Assembly: GCA_951406725.2 (NCBI GenBank)
Contig: OX597816.1
Coordinates: 75,082,001-75,146,000, forward strand
Reading direction: 5' to 3'
Length of the DNA: 64,000 nucleotides
From: Octopus vulgaris
Lineage: Eukaryota
Shown: in pieces, positions 54,501 to 62,298 of the stretch
Layout: every line of letters begins with the position of its first letter
Numbering within the stretch: position 1 is the stretch's first letter
Program-made: the position numbers and the translations under genes
Notes under the pieces: model-generated
What the model saw: only the letters and a program-made list of their open reading frames with translations
What the model was told of the DNA's origin: nothing
The model's database searches: none

Positions 54501-57500
54501 TCAGACAGAACTTATTAAGGCGGGTATTCTACAACCTGATGTCCTTCCTGTCAACAACATTTGCTTCCAACCAAGGTATTGGGTTGTCCAGAAAGTTCGT
54601 GCCGATTTATAGTAGCTTACCTTTCGACTTATTTTAGAACATGGTTGAGTCTATAAAATAGGATTTCACTACACCTCCATTTAGAGCACAGTTTAAGCTA
54701 TCTTTTCGTGGAAGAAGGTTTATGTTCCTACAACCTGTGTTAATTCTGTAATCCTTTAAAATGGAAGATAAGAAAGTTCATTTTCGGCACTTGATGCTTT
54801 GGGAACCAGACAAAAATTGCTGCAGCTCAGCTGGGATGTGTTACCCCACCCTCCATATTCACCAGATATTGCTCCTTCAGATTTCCACTTATTTAGGTCT
54901 CTGCAGAATAGCCTTAATGGTAAAAATTTCAATTCCTTGGATGACGTAAAAAGATACCTTGATGAATTCTTTGCCATGAAACCACCTCAATTCTGGGAAG
55001 AGGGTATTTTCAAGTTAAAGGAAAGATGGAGACGCATTGTGCAACAAAATGGTTCATATTTGGTTGATTAAAAATGTAATGGCAAGTATTTATTGACCTT
55101 TATCTTTCCTTTAAAAATCAGCACGCACTTTCCAGACAACCTAATATTTCTCTATGGTCAAACATTTTGCAGAATATTGGAAATAAATAATATTCATTTA
55201 CAATGTTATGTAATGAAGTGACAAAGAGACACAAACACACACACACACACACGACAGACTTCTTTCAGTTTCCATCTACTGAATTCACACACAAGTGGTC
55301 AGCCTTAGGCTATAGTAGAAGACACTTGCTCAAGGTACCACAGTGGGACTGAACTGGGAACAGTAAACTTCTTGACCACATAGCCACACCTGCATCTAGT
55401 TACAACATGTCAAAACAAGTGAAGGCCTTTTTTTTTAATCATTGGTTTAGTCAGGGGAGCAATGGCAGTGTCCATAGCCATTTTCAGTACATCATAACTA
55501 GCAAGAAGGAGGGAGAAAATTGTCCTCAGACCAGAGACTTAGCCCAGATATTTACACAAAGCTAAAGGCACCCAATGGGTAGGTGGTGTTAAACTGAGAG
55601 ACAGATTAAAATTTTTGCTCCCAAAAAAGGAATGGGCCCTCTCTCCAAGTGGTTTCCAAACACTTTCTCTCAACTAAATTTCACTTAAATAAAAGTAAAT
55701 ATCAAATAAACAGTGTGGGTGTTTAATTGGCAAAAGATGACCATCCTCAAGTGTTCGTGATGTTTGCCAATGACTTTTCAAAGATGTACCGTTTTCAATA
55801 CCATATTGACATTTGCAGGGCAACTTCCAAAGCCTTGAAGAAATGTAGCTGCTATTTCTAACAGGTTAATGACCACACGGTGGTTCTGTTAGTTGACTAT
55901 CTGTGAAGTTTCCATAACTTTTCAATACAATCAAGAGATCTGAGAAAGATTTGATCAAATATCTATTCACTTTTTACATCCATTTTTCCATGTTGGCATG
56001 GGTTAGACAAACATTATTGAGGTTATGTTCTTGGAGCCCAGTTCCTTTCTTGTTGTTAATCCCTACCGGTTTCTCAAGGAATTTTAATTCCACTCCTCTT
56101 CCAAAGTGCAGAACTATCTGACAATTAGTTGACAAGTAAGTGTCAACACTGTCTGTAGCTCAGACTTTTTCATGCAAAGAGTAAACAGTCACACACACAA
56201 ACACAACAGATTTGTACAGTTCCCATCAGCCAACTCAACTCCAAAGGCACTGGATGGCTACAGATTGAAATAGAAGACATGATGCCATGCAGTGGAATTG
56301 AACCTGAAGCTATGTGCCTGAGAAGTAAACTTCTTAGTCATACAGCCGTCTGCAGTTACCTGGAACTTCATGATGACATTTTAAAAAAATGAACACATCA
56401 ATGTGGATGATCATGGGCAGGTTAATATGAAAAGTGTTTGAGTAATTCTGACTATAAATATGTAATTTACAAACCAGTTACAGATAGTGAAATAAGTGCT
56501 AGCAAACACATTATAGCGAATGCAATAACTTTAATCGATGGCGACTATATTTCGTATGTAGGAGAGGCAAACATTGTTGAACAGCGTCTAAATAAATCAA
56601 ACGAAGGCAAGGGCAACAACTCGAGGAATGACATTTTTAAAGAAATGACGCACCAGAGTCCAATTAAAATTGGAAATAGAAAATGTGATGACGGTAGTAG
56701 AAAAGTCCGATAGGTTGTAAATGAGACGACAGAATGAAAATATTTAAGGTTTCTTTCAGGTTAGATGTCTAGCGAGGAATACTTCACAGGTTGTCTCGGA
56801 AATACGAGTTCGGTATTGAAAACAGTAAACAGCAATCCCGACCTCAAATATTACATTTTACATCACTAGGAACAAATGCCCAATATTTTAAGGGCAAACG
56901 AACATAGGGGATTGTGGCACATATGCAGAGAAGCCACGAAAATCGAAGTCGAATGCATTTAACGTTTTATAGTGATGTGAATTAAGTAGAAGGATTACAA
57001 GTCAAAGTACTAATTCATGGATATGTTGCTGATTAGATCAAGCTTAGACCTAATTAAGCTGACACCATTTTCCAGACATCTGGAACAGCTTCTTCCAGGA
57101 TATTCTTTCTCTTTATAAGACGGTGGGAAGTATGTTGAGTAGAGGTTTTTGGTTGCTATCTTTAACAGGTCAAACGACCAGGTAGATACGTCCTCGTTGG
57201 TCCAGATTAATATATATTGTGAATTATTAGTGAACAATAAGTCAAAACTAGGATAAATATTGGCAACTTACAATAATAGAAATAGAACCGGAATTTTAGA
57301 GACAAAAGCAAGATTTTTTTTAATGTTTTTCTATGAAAAAGACATTGATTGATTTATTATGCAGGTAGAAAGTATCAGAATTATAAGGGAGGTAAAACAT
57401 CAGTGAGCTTTATGTTTTCTTGACCAAGAACATATGTGACATACAAAAATAAAAATGGGTTTCAGTAAGAGATCGGTCGAAAGAAGGACAGAGACCCGGC

Positions 57501-58608
57501 AGATTACCCTTAGTCTAAGACATGCCATAAAGTAAGAAATTTATAAGGGCGGAGAATCAGATGCAGGCTTTTCTTGAAGACAATGGGGACGCATCAGTGA
57601 ATTGGCGTCAATGTATCAACTGGAATCGGTTCACAAGGTGGCGTCTGGCTTTATTAAAGAAACTTAATAAGGTAGAAAGACCGATTCTTTTTTTCGTTTT
57701 TCGTAGGAACTCATAAAGTTGACTGGTTCGATCCAAGTGCATTTCGGTTAAGTGGGATCTGAACAAGGAACCAAGAGGGAGACAAACATAACTAAATCCA
57801 ACAACAATGCTTTTACTTGCTCGTCACAAGAATCTCGACCTCAAATATTACATTTCACGAAGAACAAAGGCCTAATGTTTTAAGGGTAAACGAATTATAA
57901 GGAGTCATGACGCTCATGCTATCCCGCCAGACAGTTTTAAAGCAATTATCAAGTTATGTTGTAGTTTCATATAGTATTCTTGCTCAGTTTTATTATTCTT
58001 TTTGAATTGAGACGTTAGTTAAGATGTCAATGTGCTATCATCTTTGTGTGTATAACAGACACAAAAAGTACACATCGTATACATATACACAATACTACGC
58101 AATAAACATAAAGAGATACAAGAAAATATACGATTACTGAGAACGATAGGATCCAAGTTTTACAGACACAAAGATAGAAACTAGTTTAATAACTAAAACA
58201 TCGAAAGCAAAACAATTTGCAATTTACAAAGGTAAATGGTGAAAACATGAAATCTTGAATAACGGTCGGCAAACAGATTGTCAATTTAAAAAGTGGAATG
58301 AAATTAATGATTGCATTTTTTAAACATTCGATTCATAAAGGCAAATTATTTATTAATTAAACGATATTGAATCTCGAAATTAAATTAAAAATTAACAGAG
58401 AAAATGATGTTGGAGCAAAAACAAGGGTGTTTGCCGGTAAGTGAGCAGGAGTGGCGGACTATGCGTGGATGAGTTTACCGCGTGAATATAATAACTGATA
58501 CAATTCATACTCCTTAAATATCAATGATATTATTGAGCTAAATGAAAAGACCAGAATGAACTTACTGTCTTCGTCGTCGCTGAAGGAACCACGTCTTCGC
58601 CTGGACAT
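11945..58608 (-). CDS. NCBP1: Nuclear cap-binding protein subunit 1 (CBP80), whole gene span, 24 coding exons, 788 aa
   Basis: Hand-joined exons give an uninterrupted frame from [14 protein letters not shown] to [14 protein letters not shown]80 motifs include [66 protein letters not shown] and SKSFSHSF. Exon lengths sum to 2367 nt. Confidence 0.97.
12195..12730 (+). mobile_element. Penelope-like terminal repeat remnant with a CA-rich low-complexity part
   Basis: Contains CTGTTGAAGAGCGTAGGCTCGAAAC (degenerate hammerhead-like) and is flanked by (TA)n on both sides. Confidence 0.45.
12744..13006 (+). mobile_element. tRNA-CORE SINE, third family (inverse copy ~26995-27240; related ~43400-43920)
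   Basis: TGGCTCAGTGATTAG A-box, GTTTGATTCC B-box, TTGAGCAAGACACTT CORE-like segment. Confidence 0.75.
13631..14135 (-). mobile_element. RTE-type 3' UTR/tail fragment with internal tandem subrepeats
   Basis: Reverse complement of 36770-37230 ending in (GAT)n. Shorter tails occur near 7777, 15440, 22757, 24800, 28040, 30835, 40000, 47140 and 49930. Confidence 0.8.
14948..15061 (-). CDS. NCBP1: NCBP1 exon 23 ([38 protein letters not shown])
   Basis: ttgtag acceptor, GTAAGT donor, 114 nt. Confidence 0.94.
16088..16139. repeat. (TA)n microsatellite (others at ~2313-2362, 21127-21148, 32154-32212, 36067-36107)
   Basis: Read directly. Confidence 0.95.
16158..16280 (-). CDS. NCBP1: NCBP1 exon 22 ([41 protein letters not shown])
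   Basis: ctacag acceptor, GTAAAT donor, 123 nt. Confidence 0.92.
18395..18627 (-). mobile_element. tRNA-derived SINE with a Meta/MESC-like central domain, well-preserved copy
   Basis: Head GCGGCGAGCTGGCAGAAATGTTAG..GAGTTCAAATTCC, domain GTCGACTTTGCCTTTCATCCTTTTGGGGTCGATAAA; most abundant family in the window. Confidence 0.8.
19137..19251 (-). CDS. NCBP1: NCBP1 exon 21 ([39 protein letters not shown])
   Basis: ttctag acceptor, GTTTAC donor, 115 nt. Confidence 0.92.
21159..21262 (-). CDS. NCBP1: NCBP1 exon 20 ([34 protein letters not shown])
   Basis: ttccag acceptor, GTAATG donor, 104 nt. Confidence 0.95.
21943..22036 (-). CDS. NCBP1: NCBP1 exon 19 ([32 protein letters not shown])
   Basis: ttctag acceptor, GTATTT donor, 94 nt. 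Confidence 0.94.
23490..24285 (-). repeat. Head-to-tail array of about four Meta-like SINEs abutting the exon 18 donor
   Basis: Consecutive copies separated by (CAA)n/(TAA)n. Confidence 0.8.
24297..24396 (-). CDS. NCBP1: NCBP1 exon 18 ([33 protein letters not shown])
   Basis: ttccag acceptor, GTAAGT donor, 100 nt. Confidence 0.95.
25159..26313 (-). mobile_element. Tc1-like DNA transposon with frameshifted transposase
   Basis: TIRs GGGTTGAATAAAATAATGGAAACACCT and AGGTGTTTCCATAATTTTGTCCAACCCCTG|TA. ORFs 25640-26233, 25596-25796 and 25384-25632 give [32 protein letters not shown] and [10 protein letters not shown]. Confidence 0.92.
26681..26800 (-). CDS. NCBP1: NCBP1 exon 17 ([40 protein letters not shown])
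   Basis: ttcaag (AAG) acceptor, GTAAGG donor, 120 nt. Confidence 0.92.
27386..27449 (+). ncRNA. Type I hammerhead ribozyme motif, probably within a Penelope-like terminal repeat remnant
   Basis: AAGGG-TA-ACTTTGA [CTGAAGA] GAC-acaactag-GTC [GAAA] CA-ttgc-TG [TC] TC-TC-AAAGT-C-CCCTT. All core nucleotides are present and stems I-III pair. Confidence 0.78.
27888..27991 (-). CDS. NCBP1: NCBP1 exon 16 ([35 protein letters not shown])
   Basis: cttcag acceptor, GTAAGT donor, 104 nt. Confidence 0.94.
28690..29385 (-). mobile_element. Probable Helitron 5' remnant with decayed N-terminal coding repeats
   Basis: TC-like 5' end with (TGCT)n, ~140-bp tandem duplication (29049-29330), R/E/D-rich repeated ORF 28781-29041, and a decayed IGS..QCKY..KF.E..MCC string. 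Confidence 0.5.
29570..30421 (-). mobile_element. Decayed, internally deleted mariner element
   Basis: Minus-strand reads [54 protein letters not shown], then [27 protein letters not shown], with stops and frameshifts. Right TIR TATTGGGTCATCCCATAAATAATGCAG. Confidence 0.85.
31570..31707 (-). CDS. NCBP1: NCBP1 exon 15 ([22 protein letters not shown]...ETLLRCL)
   Basis: ttgtag acceptor, GTGAGT donor, 138 nt. Confidence 0.95.
32212..32430. mobile_element. Mariner-like MITE (family B)
   Basis: TIR-like GTGTTGAAAATTTCCTGACTTT and AAAGCCAAGAACTTTTCAGCACC; homologous to 46421-46624. Confidence 0.75.
34302..34366 (-). CDS. NCBP1: NCBP1 exon 14 ([21 protein letters not shown])
   Basis: gtacag acceptor preceded by CCTTAAC branch site, GTAATA donor, 65 nt. 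Confidence 0.94.
34367..38017 (-). other. U12-type (minor spliceosome) GT-AG intron, NCBP1 intron 13
   Basis: 5' site GTATCCTTA (consensus RTATCCTTT). Branch site CCTTAAC at 34383-34377, branch A about 12-13 nt from the AG. No long polypyrimidine tract. Confidence 0.9.
36108..37232 (+). mobile_element. 5'-truncated RTE-clade LINE (RT fragment plus 3' UTR) inside the U12 intron
   Basis: ORF 36131-36430 has RT motifs [10 protein letters not shown] and LLYVDDL. It is followed by tandem ~55-60 nt subrepeats and the tail CCAACCCATGCCAGCATGGAAAGTGGACATTAAAC. Confidence 0.88.
38018..38128 (-). CDS. NCBP1: NCBP1 exon 13 ([37 protein letters not shown])
   Basis: ttgcag acceptor, U12-type donor GTATCCTT, 111 nt. 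Confidence 0.95.
38547..38610 (-). CDS. NCBP1: NCBP1 exon 12 ([22 protein letters not shown])
   Basis: ttgcag acceptor, GTGAGT donor, 64 nt. Confidence 0.94.
38808..39143. mobile_element. Second piggyBac-like MITE family (also ~31300-31514 and ~43205-43395)
   Basis: TTAACCCTTTAGCATT...AATGCTAAAGG termini; this copy is interrupted by an RTE tail. Confidence 0.65.
39779..39876 (-). CDS. NCBP1: NCBP1 exon 11 ([32 protein letters not shown])
   Basis: caatag acceptor, GTATGT donor, 98 nt. Confidence 0.94.
42062..42277 (-). CDS. NCBP1: NCBP1 exon 10 (YLDCLWAQI...[12 protein letters not shown])
   Basis: ttgtag acceptor, GTAAGT donor, 216 nt. Confidence 0.96.
42524..42587. repeat. (CAA/CAG)n microsatellite
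   Basis: Read directly; intronic, between SINE copies. Confidence 0.9.
43499..43717. mobile_element. piggyBac-like MITE nested in a SINE
   Basis: TTAA|CCCTTTTATTAC...GTAACGAAAGGG|TTAA. Confidence 0.85.
44372..44441 (-). CDS. NCBP1: NCBP1 exon 9 ([24 protein letters not shown])
   Basis: gtacag acceptor, GTAAAT donor, 70 nt. Confidence 0.94.
45788..45861 (-). CDS. NCBP1: NCBP1 exon 8 ([24 protein letters not shown])
   Basis: cttcag acceptor, GTGAGT donor, 74 nt. Confidence 0.94.
46017..46064 (-). CDS. NCBP1: NCBP1 exon 7 ([16 protein letters not shown])
   Basis: tttcag acceptor, GTAAGA donor, 48 nt; not in the ORF track. Confidence 0.93.
46421..46624. mobile_element. Mariner-like MITE (family B)
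   Basis: GGGGTGCTGAAAAGTTCTTGGTTT and AAAGCCAGGAACTTTTTGGCACCCC. Confidence 0.75.
48017..48124 (-). CDS. NCBP1: NCBP1 exon 6 ([36 protein letters not shown])
   Basis: tttcag acceptor, GTTGAT donor, 108 nt. Confidence 0.95.
48226..48615 (-). mobile_element. Non-autonomous Helitron
   Basis: Minus strand begins A|TCTC and ends with a GC-rich hairpin CCTGAGCAACGCCGGG followed by CTAG|T; no TSD. Confidence 0.78.
48710..49271 (+). mobile_element. Mariner internal-deletion derivative, copy A
   Basis: TA-flanked TIRs TTGGGTTGTCCAG...GACAACCCAA; C-terminal transposase [18 protein letters not shown]...[13 protein letters not shown]. Confidence 0.93.
49641..49712 (-). CDS. NCBP1: NCBP1 exon 5 ([24 protein letters not shown])
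   Basis: ctacag acceptor, GTAAGG donor, 72 nt. Confidence 0.93.
50311..50422. repeat. 56-bp tandem duplication (2 copies, 1 mismatch)
   Basis: AAGATGGTAGC(G/A)AAGAGATG...GAGAGGCTGACT x2. Confidence 0.92.
51299..51383 (-). CDS. NCBP1: NCBP1 exon 4 ([29 protein letters not shown])
   Basis: ttttcag acceptor, GTATTT donor, 85 nt. Confidence 0.95.
52345..52445 (-). CDS. NCBP1: NCBP1 exon 3 ([33 protein letters not shown])
   Basis: ttcag acceptor, GTCAGT donor, 101 nt. Confidence 0.95.
53503..53588 (-). CDS. NCBP1: NCBP1 exon 2 ([29 protein letters not shown])
   Basis: ttacag acceptor, GTATGT donor, 86 nt. Confidence 0.93.
54579..55144 (+). mobile_element. Mariner internal-deletion derivative, copy B
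   Basis: Near-identical to copy A with the same deletion junction; TA TSD. Confidence 0.93.
58566..58608 (-). CDS. NCBP1: NCBP1 coding exon 1 ([14 protein letters not shown], phase 1)
   Basis: ATG at 58608-58606, donor GTAAGT, 43 nt. Confidence 0.93.
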
Positions 58609-58647
58609 TGTTGCACACGTTTGGTTTTCAAATGGGTTCGACGCAAC

Positions 58648-58658
58648 TGCGCATGCGC
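58648..58658. promoter_or_regulatory. NRF1/Ewg-type palindromic site in the NCBP1 proximal promoter or 5' UTR
   Basis: TGCGCATGCGC, 40-50 nt upstream of the ATG, in a locally CpG-rich patch. Confidence 0.65.
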
Positions 58659-59340
58659 CAGCGAACTCTCCGCATTTTCTGAAAACGAACGAAAGTATTT
58701 GATAGTTTGGTAGCAAATAATTGGAATTAGTTTCTCAATTTGCTTTACTAATTCTTTTCTCAAAATTGTTTTCCTATTTTTTCCTAGTAGTGAAATCAGC
58801 TTTCTATTAATTGATGTGTTTGCAAGGTTATTTTTTTTTATAAGTTATGTGTGTGGTGGAGTCGGGGAGGGAACAATCTCCTTGGAGCCATACGTTTTCA
58901 AAACACCCTTGAAACTCCCGCAAAAATTCAAAGCAATACGACAAATTGGAGGCGCAAAAGCAAACAATCTACAATAGCCGACTGAAGTGTGATGGCGCTA
59001 CGTTCACATATTTTTATTTACAACCAATGAATTAGTCAATATCGACGAGACAGTTATAGATTTCTTGTGGAGAACAATACAACATAGGCACAAGAGTGGC
59101 TGTGTGATAAGAACCACATGATTCCGGGTTCAGTCCCATTGCGTGGCCCCTTGGGCAAGTGTCTTCTTTTATAGCCTCGGGCCAACCGAAGCCTTGTGAG
59201 TGGGTTTGGTAAACGGAAACAGAAAGAAACCCGCTGTATATATATATACATAAAAACACTTTCTTGAAATGTATCCGATACTTCCGGTACATATACCGAA
59301 GTTACGCCAATATTTTAAATACTTAGGACCTCTATGGGTC

Positions 59341-59870
59341 TTAACCCAGCTCTGCTAGCAGATTATCAGCAGTATCTGTCACAGAGGTTAAGAACTTATC
59401 CAGAGTTACTTGACATTTACGGTGCACCATCTCTTTATACAGTTCAGTATAAGAACTGAGCTGAATATTAATTCCTCTTGTAATTTTTATATTGCATTTA
59501 CTATTGGAATCGTTATCAATGAAAACTTGTAGACCTTTCTCTATACATGTCAAATATTTTGACATATACTTTACAGTCAATTGATATGGTGCAGATTCTA
59601 TATCCCCTTCTTGCCCTGCAGCTTGGTCTTGTTGAATATCATCAATACCTTGTTAGTCAAACTTACCCAAGCAACTGAACCACATCGTCTATTTTTCAAA
59701 CCCTATATCATTTATCAGGGTTACAATATCTTGTTCAACTTGATTTAAGCTCTTTTAGAGGTGGTAAGCCTACAAAAGCACGAAAGCCATCTGGCCATGT
59801 TTTGCCAAATAGCATTCATAGCTGAGAACTTCGTTTCATCACATGATTCCCTACATACATAATGTCGAAC
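59341..59870 (-). mobile_element. Decayed pogo/Tigger-like transposase C-terminal remnant
   Basis: ORF 59341-59580 ends ..SYTELYKE..QVTLDKFL and the upstream frame reads DVVQLL..LTN. Resembles Tigger C-termini by eye. Confidence 0.45.
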
Positions 59871-59876
59871 TTTGAC

Positions 59877-60374
59877 AAGACTTCTGCCCCCACCCCACAC
59901 CCTTAAATATTTTTTTTCCCGACACAAACCCCTATTTTCGGCTACGGGGAATACGAATCTGGAAAAAAATTGGCAAAAATCGACATTTCTAAATTCCCAC
60001 CCCCACCCCCATTTCCTTCATTTTAAACTTTTTTTTCACAATTTTTTTTTCAAAATATGAGTAAAAATACGGAGATTATTATTCTGAAAAAAATTTCCAA
60101 AAATCTTTGTAAAATTTTTTTTTTCTAAATATGCGGGAAAATACGGACATCATGATTCGGACAAAAATTTCAAAACATTTCTGTACTTACAGTTACGGTT
60201 CTAGGGTTGAGGTTAGTGTTGGGGGAAAAAAGTCAAAATTGAAGTTGGGGGTGGGGGAAATTTCACAATGCCGACTTTTGGCAATTTTCCGGAACCTCCG
60301 TATCCGAAAACGGGGAGTTTTTGGAAAAAAAAAAAAAATTGGGAGAAAATGGGGGTGGCAGTGACGGAAGTCTT
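59877..60374. mobile_element. Foldback/MITE with long imperfect inverted arms
   Basis: AAGACTTC..CCCCACCCC at the left, GGGGGTGG..GAAGTCTT at the right; internal AAATTCCCACCCCC vs GGGGGTGGGGGAAATTT. Confidence 0.65.
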
Positions 60375-61886
60375 TCCCAGACTTTTTCCAGAAGCCTCAA
60401 ACAATTGGTTTATCCCTTCCATCAAGTTATTTTATGATGTGACAGAAATAGTGAGTAAATCTTCTGAAATCAAACTCTATCGTGTCAAAAAATTAATAAC
60501 ATTAATTAATGTTATCCTAGACAAAATAATGTCTGGAACAATACGTGATAGTCACGAGTGGAGCGCCTTTGATCGTTGATCTATTGGGTAATGGTTAATC
60601 TGAAGATAAACAACAAAAAATGAACAATACCAGAATCAGTTCGAATCATAGTGGTATCGATTTTGCCTTTCATCTTCTCTGCCTAAAAACTTTAGAATTC
60701 TCTTCTCCTCATGACAAATCTGTTCTATTTCTTGAACTTTGCTTTTTACTTTCTACTTAGTCGAATAAAATAAGTTCCATACCTAACTGAGTTCAATACT
60801 ACCGTCCACAGCCCACCAATACCAGATTGTCGGAATTTACCGATCGTTACCGGATAATGTCGGAATACTCGTACACGAACATACGACAATATTTGCAGGC
60901 ACCCACGTCTTCCAATTTCATTTTCCTTATTCATGTTGGCATTGTCTTCCGAGCAGTTTTATGGATAAACAACCTACTTGATTGACAAAAGCAATGATAT
61001 ACACTCTGTGATTTCGAGGTGAACTTTATTCATATTCATTATTATTATTGAAATGTTAGCCATTCACAAAAGTCATCAAAATGTAAGTTTTGCGATATTT
61101 GAAGACAATTTTGTAAAAAAATCTTATTCGTAAATGAGGAAATTAATTGTAAATCATAAACCTTCCCTAGTTTTAGTCAATTTTCATCCTTGATCTTTTC
61201 CCTTCATTTATTTAAAGACCAACGAGACACGTTATTTTATCCTTTGCAACAGACCAATTTGTCTTGAAATGGAGTCCCACTTGATTGTTCCTTATAGGTC
61301 ATCTCTGCAAAAGAATTCAATGAACAGACAAAGACTTTGACATTTTGTGAAAGCCATCTACTTATTCTATTCTTGCAGGTTGTATTTTTCGCAGCCTTCA
61401 TGTTTGATATTCCACTTTAACCACGATCAAACATAGTGTGTATAAGATTGTGTGTTAATACGTCCTGCTTTCACAAATACCGTAATATATATTTGATCAG
61501 TCAGTTTACCATCCTTCCCTCCTACTCTATTTACCTAATGTGATTGTTCAATCTGCTTGAAATAGAAACCAGATCTTTCTCAAATCACCCTACTGCCTTA
61601 GGAAAGGAAGCAATATTGGATAATGTAGTGCTAAATACACTGAGCTACAAAAAGACTGGTTGTGGCTTGAATGTGTTTTATTAGAGCTGATCTGGAGTTG
61701 ACCAGCTTCAAAAAGAAATGCCTAAACCGTGGTAACAAACTAAAATGCAAATTGACTAAACAATATGAATTTCAGAGAACAGTTTTCTCTTTAGAATTGT
61801 GACTATTAATGTATGTCCTTTATGAATACCACAGCTTTGTTTTCATGCCAATAAAAAAAAAAGCTTAATTCATGCCTATATGTTGC

Positions 61887-62298
61887 TGGATCTTTTCGGT
61901 TTGAACGGCAGTTTTTTAAAATAATTTCCACGTAACTAAACACTTTTAAACTTCGTATACTGGTAGAAAGTGTTTATAAAACATCTTTTTTTCTTGGCTT
62001 TATTGAGAAAATTCTATAGTTTGTAAGATAATTGTTGTTTTTTTTCTTCAATTTCTGCAATTTCAACCAATCAATGACGTCTATTGAAGTGAAAATATTC
62101 TGTGCCGTATGAATATGCCCCTCGTTTAAGAAACAGATTGGGTTTATTTACATTTCTGAAGAAAAAAAGATACCCTTCCCCCCACCTCTAACCCTAAAAC
62201 AGATTGAAATGCAATAGATCGATACTAGGGTCATAATTATGGGTGACAATTTCATATGACACCGCTAGAAAAACTGCTGTTCAAACCAAAAAGATCCC
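61887..62298. mobile_element. MITE family A, copy 3
   Basis: Same TIRs and body; perfect 6-bp TSD TGTTGC at 61881-61886 and 62299-62304. Confidence 0.88.

Noticed and set aside
56438-56713. 91-aa + strand ORF in intron 1
   Set aside because: TTG start, no motif, length expected by chance
58459-58716. ORF-track N-terminal extension upstream of MSRRRR
   Set aside because: Starts at a non-ATG codon; CBP80 homology begins at ATG 58608
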